From positions 1 through 64,000 of the forward strand of contig JABANN010000105.1 in the NCBI GenBank assembly GCA_013115125.1: 64,000 nt of DNA. Reading direction: 5' to 3'. Below the pieces are notes generated by a model. The model did not search any database. It saw only the letters and a program-made list of their open reading frames with translations, and was not told the DNA's origin. Below are positions 35,943 through 48,586 of the stretch, piece after piece (position 1 is the first letter of the stretch; each line of letters opens with the position of its first letter). The DNA is from Perkinsus olseni (Eukaryota). A program made the position numbers and the translations under genes.

Positions 35943-38669
35943 ATGGATGTCCTAGAGCTGCTGCAGGAGGGCGGAGGAGTGGAGGCGGATAAGAAGTCGA
36001 GCGAAGTGGCGGAGGAGGCGAAGCCCGCTGATGCCCCGCCAAATGTGGAGGAGACCAAGAAACGGAAGCGCAGTAGAAAGCGGCAGAGGCGAGGTCAGTT
36101 GACGGGGTGGCCGAGGAGGGACTGGGTGGTATAGACGATAGGAAGGAGAGAACTTTCTAAGGGGTATAATGATGGAGAGGTCGAGGTGGTTCCGGTCGTA
36201 CTGGTGTCCTTCTGTCGTCGAGTACGCGGGTCGTCGACCTCCTTCATAGGGTACGGACGCCTAGGAGCTTTGGGTAACCGTAGGAACGTAGGTCGACCGT
36301 AGGTGAAGGACGATAGGGCAGGGCGTGTGTTGTTGTTAGGAAGTGGCGAAGCGAAGCGGAGCAGAAATGAAGGAGAATCTGCAGGGCAGGCACCTAAGGC
36401 GGTCGATATGGAAAGAAAGTGGGCAGCTATGGCAGTAACACTGCCATGACTGCATCATTCCTCTGTCCCAGCGTTGCTCGTTAACCCGAGTAATCTGAGG
36501 GCGCATCACTCTCCTTTGTCCTTCAGGGCCCGCAGTGTTTTCCTCAACAACCTTCCAGTAGAGGCCACGTCAGAGTGGATAAAGACTACGGTGCTTTCCG
36601 TCCTTCCTGAAGGCAGCAACGACCCTGCCGCGATAGAGAGAGTGCACATCGGGAGGGACAAGAAATGTAGGTTCTCGATGACACCATCGCCAACGGTCTC
36701 ATCGGACTCGGTGCATTGGCAGAGTGGCTGCGGACTTTACCGTAACTTGGTCGGGAGTTTGTCGTCTTCGCTGATATACACAATAATTTCGTCAGCCTTT
36801 TATGAGCGTTGGCCTAAGAGCGCAGCGAGGCTGTGGCTTTCTGCCGTACTAGGAATTGTGATGCCGTAACGGCTCTCCATCAGACCCTACAAGATGCGCC
36901 GGCTGGGCTAATGTGACCTTCACCTCGGAGTGTGTAGCGAGGGATGCAGTGGGGAAGTTGGACTATCAAATGGTGGATTGCGAGGAGTTGTTGAAGGCGG
37001 CTGAGGAGAAGGAACAGCAGAACACGGCGGCTATGAAGGATAGTGGAGGGCCGGTCAATAAACGTAGGCTTCCTCATTCTCTTGGTACGCCTCTTACCTG
37101 ACATTTGAGATTTATTATCGATATAAATTAGTTTATTAATTATAATGTTGGGGGTTGCTTAGCTAATATCACTAATATGATACTATACACTGCAGTGACT
37201 TATGATGTCTATAAATACTATTATTGGCTGTTAATCTTTTTTGTGTAATCTACAGTACAGACTACTACTTTTGTGTAGAGTGATCTACGTGTAGATCTTC
37301 GTTACTGCTGTAGATGCACACACGTACATCACTAACCTGATGTAATCTACATCTTCTCTTGTGATCTTCGTTACTGTATTCTATGTAACTCTGTATTATC
37401 TATATACTAATGGTTAATATATTAAGATTGAGGTTTAGATCCATCAATTGTTATGTGTGAGAGGCTGCACGGGTGCGGAAGTAATTCTGTTGGTTCGGCG
37501 CTGTCAGGAAGGTCGGGAGTTCAGCTTCCATCCTGCTCCGGTCGTCCTATCTTAGCTTGCCAGGACTACAGTGCGTTCCCAACAGGGCCTCCTCCTAGTT
37601 AGAGAGGGAGTGCGATCTCTCAGGTCGTGGTGGACATGGTCCGAAGGGAATCAGAGTTACTAGGAGGTGCCTTTACGCGACCTCAGGCCTCCAACAGCAG
37701 CAGCAACCCAATTCGAAGGAGGGTAGGGGGCGAAGAGGCTCTTGGCGTATCTTATGTTCATCCGTGCCAAACATGCTCAGTTCACGAAACGTCTTCCAAG
37801 TCCACAGCGAGTCAGTTCCGTCTCCCTACGGACCTCGTCGAGCAGCTGAGAAGTCTCGTCCGGGAGCACAGCCTGTCAGACTCCCCCGCGGGCAGGCTGG
37901 CCGACTCCTACCGTCGTACCTTCGGCCATCGGGTACCGGTCCAGGAGTACGGATTCAAGAACTTTGTTGCGGTAGGAGGAGGGGTGGTTCGGGTTAGCGT
38001 TTGATCATTGGTGGCGCGGTTGGAGTGGTAGTAGCCTCGTCCGCCTCGAGGATGTACGTCCTAGGTCGCCCTGAAGGCCCCACTCTCACGCCTGGGATCT
38101 AGAGAGTAATCGTAACTCATACGAGAATGTTATGGCAAAAACGAGATTATTTCTGTTAGAATCCCGGACTTTCCCGTAAAATTGGGAGAAGAGCTCGCGT
38201 CGCGAATCGATCAGCCGGCAAAGAGACTTTCCTACCAAACGACCCCAGTAGTTGAGCTCGATTCGGGACGACGAGTTGTACTCCCACACCCGCGGGTTTC
38301 ATTATAGGAAGATAGATTTTGGTAGCTTTTTGAACTGGATTCAGAGACAGTGTGGTGGCATCTGTGCACCACATGTAAACCGTTGGGATGGTTTGGTTTA
38401 GCTGTCTCATTCTGCCTCAATATCTCACAGGGGTCATTTTCGCCATCCGGCAGGCCCTGAGTTCGATCCCTGGGGTGAGCACCTGGGAGGAGAAGCCGCA
38501 GCAGATATGGTTTTCCTGGGATACTGAGGAGGATGCTGATGATGACCTCTCACCCCCTCCTCCTCCTCCTGCTGATGGTGGTGAGGAGTCTAAACCCAGC
38601 ACAACTGAGAACGATGAAGATGTTTCCTATCTGCATAGCTGCTCGAGTTGCCGGCCTGGTCCTTACTGA
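35943..38669 (+). CDS. Multi-exon RNA-binding protein: basic NLS-like stretch, RRM, OST-HTH/LOTUS domain
   Basis: KKRKRSRKRQRR; RNP2 SVFLNNLP; RNP1-like CAGWANVTF; LOTUS LRSLVREH..LADSYRRTFGHRVPVQEYGFKNFVA/ALSSIPGV. The 3' end is approximate. Confidence 0.8.
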
Positions 38670-39274
38670 TCATGGTTATCGGATTAGGTGCCACCGCCCG
38701 TGCGTGTGAGTATATAGTAGTCCACTTAGTTAGCCTCTTCCCGATGTGCTCAGTTGGGGACTCTCTTGCAGCGATGATATGCCGTGCAATCAGAATGTTC
38801 GCGAGGAAGCATTCCTCAGGGTTACGTTCGAAAAGAGAAGCTTCTATTTGCACTGTCGTTTTCTTAGAGTACACTTGGCTGGTTTTCTTACGGCGATGAA
38901 TGTTCTTCGCCTTGCTCGTGAATGCAGCACCCCCTCCCCTCAGGCAGGGCCTCTGCAGGAGCATTCACTGTCGTACAGTCTTCCCGGTGTGACATCCCTG
39001 GGATAGTGACTAGATGTGGAGACTCTTGCGCGACCCCTTGATGGGGGTTATGGCGAGCTGTACGGGATGGTAGGGCTGCACCCCAATCGCCGAAGACAAT
39101 TCCTTCCCTCATCGCCCGTTTTCTCTTTACTCTCTTCGCCTTACTGACCGCCGGCAGGCTGCTGCCAGACAGGGGGCTATGGGAAGGAGTAACCACTTTC
39201 TTCTCGGAGATGGTACAGATTCTGCTTTCGTGGTCCGCCCGTCCTCATCACGTGTCTCCTCAGTCTTTTGTTCC

Positions 39275-40654
39275 ATGGCTGCCGACCCTAACCTAGTGTC
39301 GTCCCTCTGTGCCGCAGCAGCGTCAGTATTCGCTAAAGTCGGCTTTGACTCGACCGGGGATTCCCTACCGTAAGTGCAGCTGCCCTCGGCGTCCCCGACA
39401 CAACGCTCTTCCTACTCGATCCCCCCTCCCACCGCCATGAAGATGATGCTCCTCATCAGCTGTGGGTCGTCACCCGACTGTCGTTGTCTGGGAAGGCATT
39501 TTGGGCGTCAAGATTTGCGCAGCTAGCGTGCCGGTGTATTATGCAATAGATTTCTCAGAAGGTTCGAGTGATTTTTTTCGAGCATTTTCAAACCGTCTTA
39601 CTATGAGAGTATCAAATCTATGTAACAACTGCCATTATTGGTAGTGAGCATACAGTATACACACCTAGTTAGTATTTACCAATGCGACCAATTCTGGATC
39701 CGTACCCAAGCTGTTTTCCTACGTCACCGTGCCGCGTGAAATTGATCCTCTCGGGCCCTTTCGAGTGTAACCTGGTGCTCCGGAACCGATTGTGAAGTTC
39801 ATGATGTGAGTTCAGTTAGAATGCCAGCTTTGGCCACCCCCTCGGTCTTCGATTCTGTTGGAAGGGTCGTCGTCTTATATGTCAGGTCGGGGGTGTCGAT
39901 GAGCGTACATCCCCTGGCGGGATATTTGCTCAGGGCGATTTTTATAGCGCTCTCGCTGGCTGCCAATGCGGCTATGATGTCCTATTATATAGAAGCCTTA
40001 CAAAAACGTAGGGTGCCGGGATCGAACCGAGGACGTTCAGTAGTGGTACTTCCTAGGCACAGCCCTGCAAGCCACCGTCATGAACTTCGGCGGCAACTTC
40101 CTGTTTTCCTCTATTTTTGGTGTTATCTTCTTCGGTGAACGGATGAGTCTGACCTGGCTCCTAGGGGCAACATCCATCCTCACCGGAGTGGTAAGCTGCT
40201 GCTGGGCCGGGAGACACCAAACGATAGAATCTGCCCTTGGTCTCGAGCGGAGCGAAGCCGCTGTGGTCGTCCCACGGAAAGTGACTATAGCCGCTTCGCT
40301 CCGCTCAAAATATGAGATCATATTACTATAATGTTGACTAGGAGTAGCATAGTAATACATAGTGTCTAGGGTTATCATTCTCCCAGATGCGCAATAGGTG
40401 TCCTTTTCATTCAAAGTATCGTTGCACGCGATCGCACATTCACCCGCCGTCGATGCCCCTAAACCAGCGTGGAGGCACTCAGTGTCGTCCCCATATGTTC
40501 CCCCCCAATTGCAATCGCGCGCGCCTCACTTTAAACTCGCCAAATAAATTGACCGGTCAAGCCACTGTTCATGTCTACATACGGGTATCTTCCGTAGGTG
40601 CTGGTGGCAGCGGGAGGCAGCAGCAAGCAGGCCGCAGAGAAGAAGGAACGGTGA
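39275..40654 (+). CDS. TMEM42-like small DMT/EamA-superfamily membrane protein, 4 exons
   Basis: CAAAASVFAK; NAAMMSYY; ATVMNFGGNFLFSSIFGVIFFGERMSLTWLLGATSILTGV/VLV. Confidence 0.8.
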
Positions 40655-40761
40655 CGATGTAATCGATTGGCTTAGTTTCAGCAACCCCCTTGCATTGCTT
40701 GTGTTCAGCGGAGCGAAGTTTATTCTCCTTGTGAAGATCATCATTTCTCGATGATGCCCCG

Positions 40762-43700
40762 ATGGCTGAGGAGCTGAGTCAAGAGGAGATCGAGGACTTG
40801 TGGGAGGTGAGCATGGCCCTCCTCGGATCGTCGATGGTCACTCTGGTAAAGCGTATGACGCAGTAGAGGTGTTTTTGGTATCTCGCTCTTCCGGGAGCTA
40901 AGGATTGAATCCAAGGTTGATCATAGTAAGATACGAGTCACCTCATATCAATCCTGAGCGCCGCAATCGTTCTACTGTTCGCTCTCACTATGTTGATTAT
41001 AAACATGAAAGACTCATTGAATTTGATTACCAAATTTAAGTCTTTCGTATTTATAATTATTAAATTTTGATAGCAACCTTTTTGCCGAGGGATCGTGCTG
41101 GTTCTATCCTCCGCCTGGAACAGTCGGTGGTGTATCTCCCTCCACTTCCGGCGGGGCAATATTCCCAACTTCGCTCCGCTGTATCTGCCTCGATACCGTC
41201 CAGTTTCAGTTTTATGTCCGCCATGAAGATAACAAGCCTTCCGCCGAGTGCTTGCGTGTCCGAGGCGGCTTCGCTGCTCTGCTTCGCTCTCTGTTCGAGC
41301 AGGAGTGCGTGCCCTCGCCCTCCGCCGGGCTCGTTGCGTGGATCGCCTACGACGTCTTCGGGGCTGTCGAGGATGAGATCGAGCACAGGAGCTTTCTGAG
41401 GCACTTCAACGAGTAGGTGGCGAATCGAGGAAGGAAGTGGCCGGGGGTCGATCGGCACAGGTTCTGGCGTGGCCGGGGTGATCTTGTACCGCAGTATGGC
41501 CGTCTGCGAAGCTCCTGGTCTCCTCCAGCGCATGCTGTGCTTGGTCAAAGGGGCCCCGGTAGGAGTGCTACTAGACATGAAGCGGAGGAGAGGGAGCTCT
41601 TGACCACGCCCCCAGCAGTGGAAGCTGCACTCAACAGGGTGTCTGCGGTGGGAACTCAAGCTCATCCAGAGGACTTCCAGAGGCTCACAGAGGTGGACAC
41701 GGGCACGCTTGGGAGAGATGGGGAGCCTGCCAATGTGCGTAGGAGAGTGTACGAGAGGGATGGGGAGCCCCTAGAGGTGGATAGGGGCACGCTTGAGAGG
41801 GATGGGGAGCCCCTAGAGGTCGGTAGGGTCTCCCTTGGGAGGGATGGGGAGCCCCTAGAGGTCGGTAGGGTCACCCTTGGGAGGGATGGTGAGGATGCGT
41901 TAGACGGTCCTGTGAAGACGCCAGACTCGTTATCGGCCGCGCTCCCGGCGGCCATTAGAGAATCTGACGAGTCCTCGCCGTCGGGAGATACTCCGGGCAA
42001 TGATACACGAGCAGCAGAACGACCTGTGGCGGCTGCCGAGGTCGAATGGATGGATCTAGAAGTCGCAAGGTTGTTGAAGAAAGTGGAGGCGGCGGAGGAG
42101 CGGTAAGGGGGGGGAGTGTTTGCCACTCGAGCAGTAGAAGCGGCACCTGGCATGTCCAGTACTAGCCGATCGGGGTTGTTCCCCTACTCGCAGTGCCGAT
42201 ATCGGAACGGTGGGTCGTTCGAGTGAAGCGCAGACTGAGAAGTAGTGGAGGGCATCAGAGTTAGGGAAACTCAAGAACTTGCAAGTGTGATGAGTAATTG
42301 GTGGTTAATAATGAAGCGGTTCCTAGCGAGAAGCTAGAAGGCGAAACGCTTTGTTCGTGAGGGTGATGTCTCCGTCAGGAGAGCAGCCGCTGAGGAAGTG
42401 GCGCTGTCGCGAGCGTTGGAGGTGCAGCAGATGTCCACGAGGCTTCGGAAGCTCGAGGTGGGCTTGGGATTGGTTACCCGCTCCGCAGAGGGTCTGCTGC
42501 TCAGGAGGCTCTGAGTGTCGAGAAGGGCATCTCGGCGAAGCTCAGGGAAGAACGGCGTGGAGGGAATGGCGATAGTGTAGTAATGGTGGTCTTTGAACCT
42601 TCCCTGCTGGCCTTCGGTAGGGCCCGCCTCGGGTAACCGCGATGCTTCCCAACTTTGAGTTGTTCGATCTCTATGACTTCTCTTCACAGACAGCGGCGGC
42701 TGAGGTCCAACTAGCGGCTCTGCATCGTTCCAGAGCATGCTCGGCGACAGCTGTTGCAGCAGCCTCGATTGCAGTTGCCACCACGGAGGAGGTCTGGGAC
42801 AGACCCTCGCAGCTCACCAGCATACTCTTCGAGGTGAACTCGGGGCTGGGAATCCCAGCTTCAGTGTGGGTCGAGTCGTTACGCTGATTTCTCATCCATT
42901 TTTATTGGGTGATCGATACATCAGTAGATTCCTCCCTTCAAAACACGCACGCGTTTCGAATTTGAGGCGCAACAGCTTCTTGTTAACGGGCGAGTCCCAG
43001 TCTCGGCGATTTGAACCAAAGAACTGGTTGAAGCAGTATATCTTAAATTATGAAGAAACACTATTTAGTACTCAATGAGTACTACTCATGCCATGTAATG
43101 TATAATAGAAATTGGTATTCATCATGGTATGGTATCAATACGGATTTATTTTATCCCGGGATAAACGCCCCTGCTGGAAGGAGCCTCCGTGCCATCTCCG
43201 GTCGCTCTTCAGGTCCTCGACAACGCCAAGACCCTAGCCCAGTCGGAGGGGGATGACCAGCAGTCTACTTGGCGAGACCTCTTCGTCGACCTCTGCAACA
43301 TACTGGTGCAGCTGGCCAGGGCGGACAAGAGAGCTCAACGTCTTGTCACCACCAACAACTCATGATACACTGCCGTCTCTTCTATATGGACCTAACTGCC
43401 TTTGCGTTAACCGTGGGCAGGCTTCTCTCGGATATTTTCGCCCATTTAGTATAATCGTTTCGGGGTTTTTCTGTTCTTCTTGCTGTAGACGCTCAACCCA
43501 CCGTTCAACATGAGGTGACAAATTGATCAGCAACTCCTAACGATTGCATTAATCAGGGGAAAATGAGTCATTTCTGTCGTTCCAGGCCATCCTCTTTTCT
43601 TTGAGGATACCCCCCCCCTCGCCCCCTTTCTGCCGTGACTTGGTGCTTCTCAGATGTGCCCGAGGCTTCCCTTATTCTCCTTTTGAGTATGACAAAGAGC

Positions 43701-45327
43701 TTAGTGTCAGCACTGTCGACCTTTGCAGGAGACTCCACCTCCCTCTGCATCTTCGGTGGCGGAGGGGGGTCTGATCAAGAGACGGCGAGGCTCCTGGCGA
43801 TTTCACTAGTCAGTACGTATTCGACTCATCTCGCCCGCCGCTGACGCCCTACGGTTTCACTTTCAGGCTGCCAGAAGCATTCCCTGAAGACCATCACTGT
43901 TATTACCGCCTTCGCCGCTCTTTATGACCGTGAAGGCGCGAACCATGAGAGGGAGATCTTCACGCCTCGCTCACGGAACCAGACCAAGAGAAAGTACCGC
44001 GCGCCACGAAATTAGCTGGGCTACTGCTGCGTGCCAGGTACACTGGAGAAGCATTCAAAAGTTGGCAGAAGACCGCTTCTGGAGACTGGGAGTATTCCCA
44101 ACGGCAGCCTTCCGTGGCTTACTCGGGCAATCAGTGCGTTACATCAATTTTGAAGGACGGCTCCGATGATGGGCTCCTGTACACTACCGCCAACCCAGTT
44201 GTCATAGACGGCGTCACGATACAAAGGTCGGCTGCTGGCTGCTACTAATCTGGGAGGGAAGATCTCGTTGTTATATGGCACAGACTGTACTCGGAAAATT
44301 CGCTTATGCAGTTTGCCTGAGTATATGTATCCGAAGGGAGTCCCCATAGTAGTCCTTAGGCTCTCGCTAGCGTTCAATCCAAGATGGGGTGGCTGACCGT
44401 TGTATGGGGTTTTCAGGTGGACCTCTGCGGTTGAGTCCGCAAGAAGCTTCCCTGTCTTCCCCTCATTCTTTACTTCATGTTAGTTACGGCTTGGTTGTGG
44501 TCCCGCCATCCGAGACCGAACTTTTTCCAGCTTCGCGCGACCTCCTGAGGCACCTCGTTTGTCCAGCCGACCCCGACGTTGTGGAGCCGATTCTCTTAGT
44601 CGACACCGGTGGCGATGGGATGAAGTTCTATACTCAGCGGTCTTTACCAGCTGTGAGTCCTTGACGCGGAAAACAGCCTGTGAATGCTTTACTCAGGGGG
44701 CGCCTCGGATGGGCGATGTAGACGTTACCGCTATCTCCGGTGGTGTTAGTGACAGCAGAGACACAGATTCCCTCCGCTTGTGCCTCGAGATTTCTCGAAA
44801 ACGGAATGGGAAGATGGGCTTTCTAGTGGTGGGCCCCGGTGCCGACGGCGAGAGCTCCACTCAGGTGAGCTCAGGAATTTCGTGGGAGAACATGACCGCC
44901 GCGCTTTCAGGGTCTCAAGAATACCCACGAACTGATACGCCAAAACGGCTCATTGATTTTGGAAGGGTCCGTGGCGGAGCTCATCGAAGTCATGGAGGAT
45001 CACACGTCCTTGCCGGAGAGGCATTTGGTATGGAAAAACGCCGAACCCAGGGATCGAACCCGCCTCTTATTTCAGCTCAAGCTCTGGCTCAAACCACGCG
45101 AATTCAGCACGATTGCTCATATCACCGAAGCCGTGAAGCAGACGTCTTCCAGTGCAGTGGAGGGTTTAGTCGTCATCAAGCGACGCGGTGTGGCGGTAAG
45201 GTTAGCCTTTCAACATGCGCGCCGTTTTACCTCTTTCTCAGGTCGGGCCTCGCCCAGCTTCGTTCCTCAGTTCATTCTGGCTGATAAGCGGAGATGTTTT
45301 GGAGCAGTTCCTTTGATCGTACGATAA
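40762..45327 (+). CDS. Large multi-exon hypothetical protein (possibly two genes)
   Basis: A chain of ORF pieces bounded by GT/GC-AG sites, starting MAEELSQEEIEDLWE; no domain recognised. Confidence 0.45.
41689..41893 (+). repeat. Coding tandem repeat, 42-nt unit (GRVTLGRDGEPLEV-like), about 4-5 copies
   Basis: Recurrent GAGGGATGGGGAGCCCCTAGAGGT at 42-nt spacing. Confidence 0.9.
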
Positions 45328-46164
45328 TGATGGGACGACGACAAGCCCACGCAGTTCACTGTCATCACATCCACTACAGCTGTTAGGCTGTGGGTTAGCT
45401 ACTACAGCAATTCAATAATACCAAATTGACCTGCTACGGGAGTAACGCCAGCTGTTGCGTTTACAGTACCAGTTGTTCTTGGAGGGCCATGAGTCTCGGA
45501 AAATGTGGTACATACCACCCTGAACGTGAAGGAAAGTTGAATGGTCAGTTGAATCAATCAGAATCATCTCTCGAAGCATACGGCCAATCACTTGAGATAC
45601 ACAACGTTGTGGGCATGCACTGATAGTCTCGCGGTGACACGTGCAAGTCCAAGGTGGCCCACGCCATGCCCGACCGCCGGCAGAACTCCGCACTTCATAT
45701 CTGACCCTGTGTTCCATTCATATTAACTCAATCCTTATGCGTCCACACGTCATCTCAGTGATGAGTTAAAACACTTGTCTAGATTCACAAAAAGAACCAA
45801 CGTAAAATCATTGACCTTGCTGCTCGTTCTGGCGAAGTTACGCAAGATCTAACCATGTAAAGCCGCGAGAAAGTTCCGCAGACCAGTAACAAAGCACGTC
45901 ACTACGCTATGGTGGGACGCCGCTCCGCTGCAACCGCCCCAAACCGGCGGATACCAACCGCTTGGGCCTCAACTGCCAAGTTCCCCAACCAGAATAAACT
46001 TTAAAAACTCGAAAAACGACATGATCGTCAGAGTGAGATGGAAATGGTATTTAATCAGACAAAGGCTGGAACAAACAGTTTCAGTACTGTCATCATCGAG
46101 GGCAAGAGAACTCTGGTGGGAAGGCAAATTTTTATCACCGTCCGTCAGGGACGCTCCCTCTCGT

Positions 46165-46854
46165 TTACTGACACAACTGCTTAACAATCTCCTCAATCTT
46201 CACTGGATCGGCACCGGTTACGCGCTGAACCTAAAAAAGTCACCATGGCGATCGCTGAGGTTGGCACTTGAATGACCGAGGGAAAGTCGAAATAAGGCCA
46301 CGTCAAAACTGCCCTCACCTCCTTGCCATCCTTATAAAAGGCGAATGTAGGCACGGACATGACCTTGTTCTCCTGAGCCATATCATCAAAATCGTCGATG
46401 TCAACCTTGATGAACGACACTTTATCGTTGTTCTTCGCAAGATTCTCAATCTGAAAAGGCAAAGATATTAACGAGCGAAACATACTGAAGCACGCACACT
46501 CCCATACGGAAGCGCGTCCAGAACGAAAGGGGAGGACGAAATTGTTGTGGATGAGCAGCTCATCATGAGCTTACATAAGGAGTAACTTGCTTGCAAGGGC
46601 CACACCAGCTAGCGGTGAACCATGCAACCTTCAGAGGTGGGTAGGGGGTCGATAATTGCTGCTTGGCAGCGGCCTCAGACCCGGCAACTGTGACCTAAGT
46701 GGGATCAGAGATAAAACTCAACCCGCGCGACATAATCGATAGAAGCCCTCCCAGCAGGCAAACTTACTGCAAATCGACGAGCTGCAGGAGCCGCCATTCG
46801 AGCGGCAGTAGAAGCAGCGTTGGTAGCAGCGGCCTTTTGTAATGATGCGAGCAT
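46165..46854 (-). CDS. TRX: Thioredoxin with an N-terminal mitochondrial-type presequence, 4 exons
   Basis: MLASLQKAAATNAASTAARMAAPAARRFA / ..AWFTASWCGPCKQVTPY / ..FIKVDIDD..VMSVPTFAFYKDGKE / VQRVTGADPVKIEE..*. Confidence 0.93.
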
Positions 46855-47183
46855 TTTTATATATAATCGGAAACGGTATAATCAAGTGAATTACAGCTAG
46901 AAGATTTATTTTGCTGGAGTTAAGATTCGGGCGTGCGCTAAAGTGTTTGCACAAAGCGCTCGGACGAAAATTGTGACCTGGTCCCGAAGGAAAGGGCAGA
47001 AGTGTGAGACGACGACGACCTGCTAGGCGTTCGAATAGGGGCGACGGTTCACTCGAAGTAGGTACTTCGACGCCGCCAAACCACGGAAACGAAAAGCACC
47101 GGGCTCGCTTTGAACCACTCATGTAGAATCGTAGAAACGCCTACGGCGTGTATTACGTTGGTAGTGCCTTTGGCCAGCCAGTA

Positions 47184-48168
47184 ATGCCGGAAAATATCTT
47201 TCTGTCTCCGAGTCTCCTAGCCAACCCCCAAACCTTCACCTGGATTAAGGCCGATATCATCTCTGAGCGCACTAAGGCTATCGCCAAAGAGCGCGCCCAA
47301 TCGGAAGCTCACTTCAGGCAGAGCGTCGGGGGCCGTCTCAAATTCCCCCAAAGCGAATACCGGTAGGGCCTCGACGTGTCTTTCGGTGAGGCGTTGCAGC
47401 TTAAACTGAGCTCGGTTCAGTTCAGTCCCGAACTGAAGACATCCCGCCTCTCGTCCTTAGTCGGTAGCGCTGCCACCGTAGGTCCAACTTCCGTCCGCTA
47501 GACACTATTCAACCCGACAGGTCAAGGCTGATCCTTCGGGACAGCGGTACGCCGTTCTCGGGCGGCACCTGCTCCCTGGGGATGTACAAGTCTTCTGGGA
47601 TGCGGCCTTATGCGGTCCTAGCCACCAGCGTAGGTCGCTCGCTGCTGTCGTAGCCACGATGCTGCTGGTTTCTACTGGGTTCTGCTGCTGGTTCTCAGGA
47701 CGTCGGATTCGATGACGCTGGCCTCCGCCCGGGCACCCTCGACCGGCACCTGCCCGGCATCAGACAGTCGAAATGTGAGCGCCGCAGCAGAGACGCGTAT
47801 TTTAAGCCCTCCATTTCAGCAACGAGTTCCTTGAGGAGGTGTGCTCGAGATGTCACGCATGCTCTCGATGTGTGATGCTCTTGTGACTGCCGTACCGCGT
47901 TCAGTTCGGGGCGTCGCCGAACCCTAGGCTGAGGCGTACCCCGTAGTATTCGCCCGGGATGGCATCAGCATTGATTCTAACGACCGCCGTAGAACTTACA
48001 GCGAGGTCTGCTGGAGAGAACTGGCCACCGAGCCCATCCCCTCTGGTAGTCGAATATCCGCGGGGAAAAGTTCGTGTGGCGCACATTGTGTGCCGGCGAA
48101 GCCAGAATCAGGCGGAGTACCACGTAGCCGCGGAATCTCGTGATAGGAACGTCATGACTTTCTTCTAA
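47184..48168 (+). CDS. Hypothetical multi-exon protein
   Basis: MPENIFLSPSLL.. exon followed by short GT-AG introns; the last exon ends ..RDRNVMTFF*. Confidence 0.5.
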
Positions 48169-48586
48169 CAACGAGTGCGTAGCTCACTTGCCTTTGAATT
48201 TTGTCATACCGTCGGCTCCGTATGAGAAGCGTAAATCCTAACGAGACCGATTGAGAAACTGCGTCACGACAGGGTCATCGAGGTGCGGAGGAATGATGAC
48301 AGAGTCGTTGTGAGAAATGATCCCTGGCCCTGGCAACAGGAACGGGCACGCAGCATGAGGATGTCCTCGGCAAGTTTGATGAATGTTCCAAGGTCGTAAC
48401 TTAGGTCTCATTCCCTAGTCGGTGAGCTCGGGGCCGGTGGCACGCTGTAGACCAATCGAGGAACAGCCTGAGACTCAACTTTCGTCGCAAGTTGCGCCTC
48501 GCAACCTCACATTACTAGAAAGGCACACTATCAACACCACCATCATCTTGCAAAGTCCTGGAAACACTGTACAACTGGGAGATCGT

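Noticed and set aside
36345..36362. GCGAAGCGAAGCGGAGC as another motif copy
   Set aside because: Different order and coding (GEAKRSR).
40009..40056. GGTTCGATCC T-loop-like sequence on the minus strand
   Set aside because: Lies in a ~48-nt intron; the T-stem is imperfect and no D or anticodon arms are present, so it is not a tRNA.
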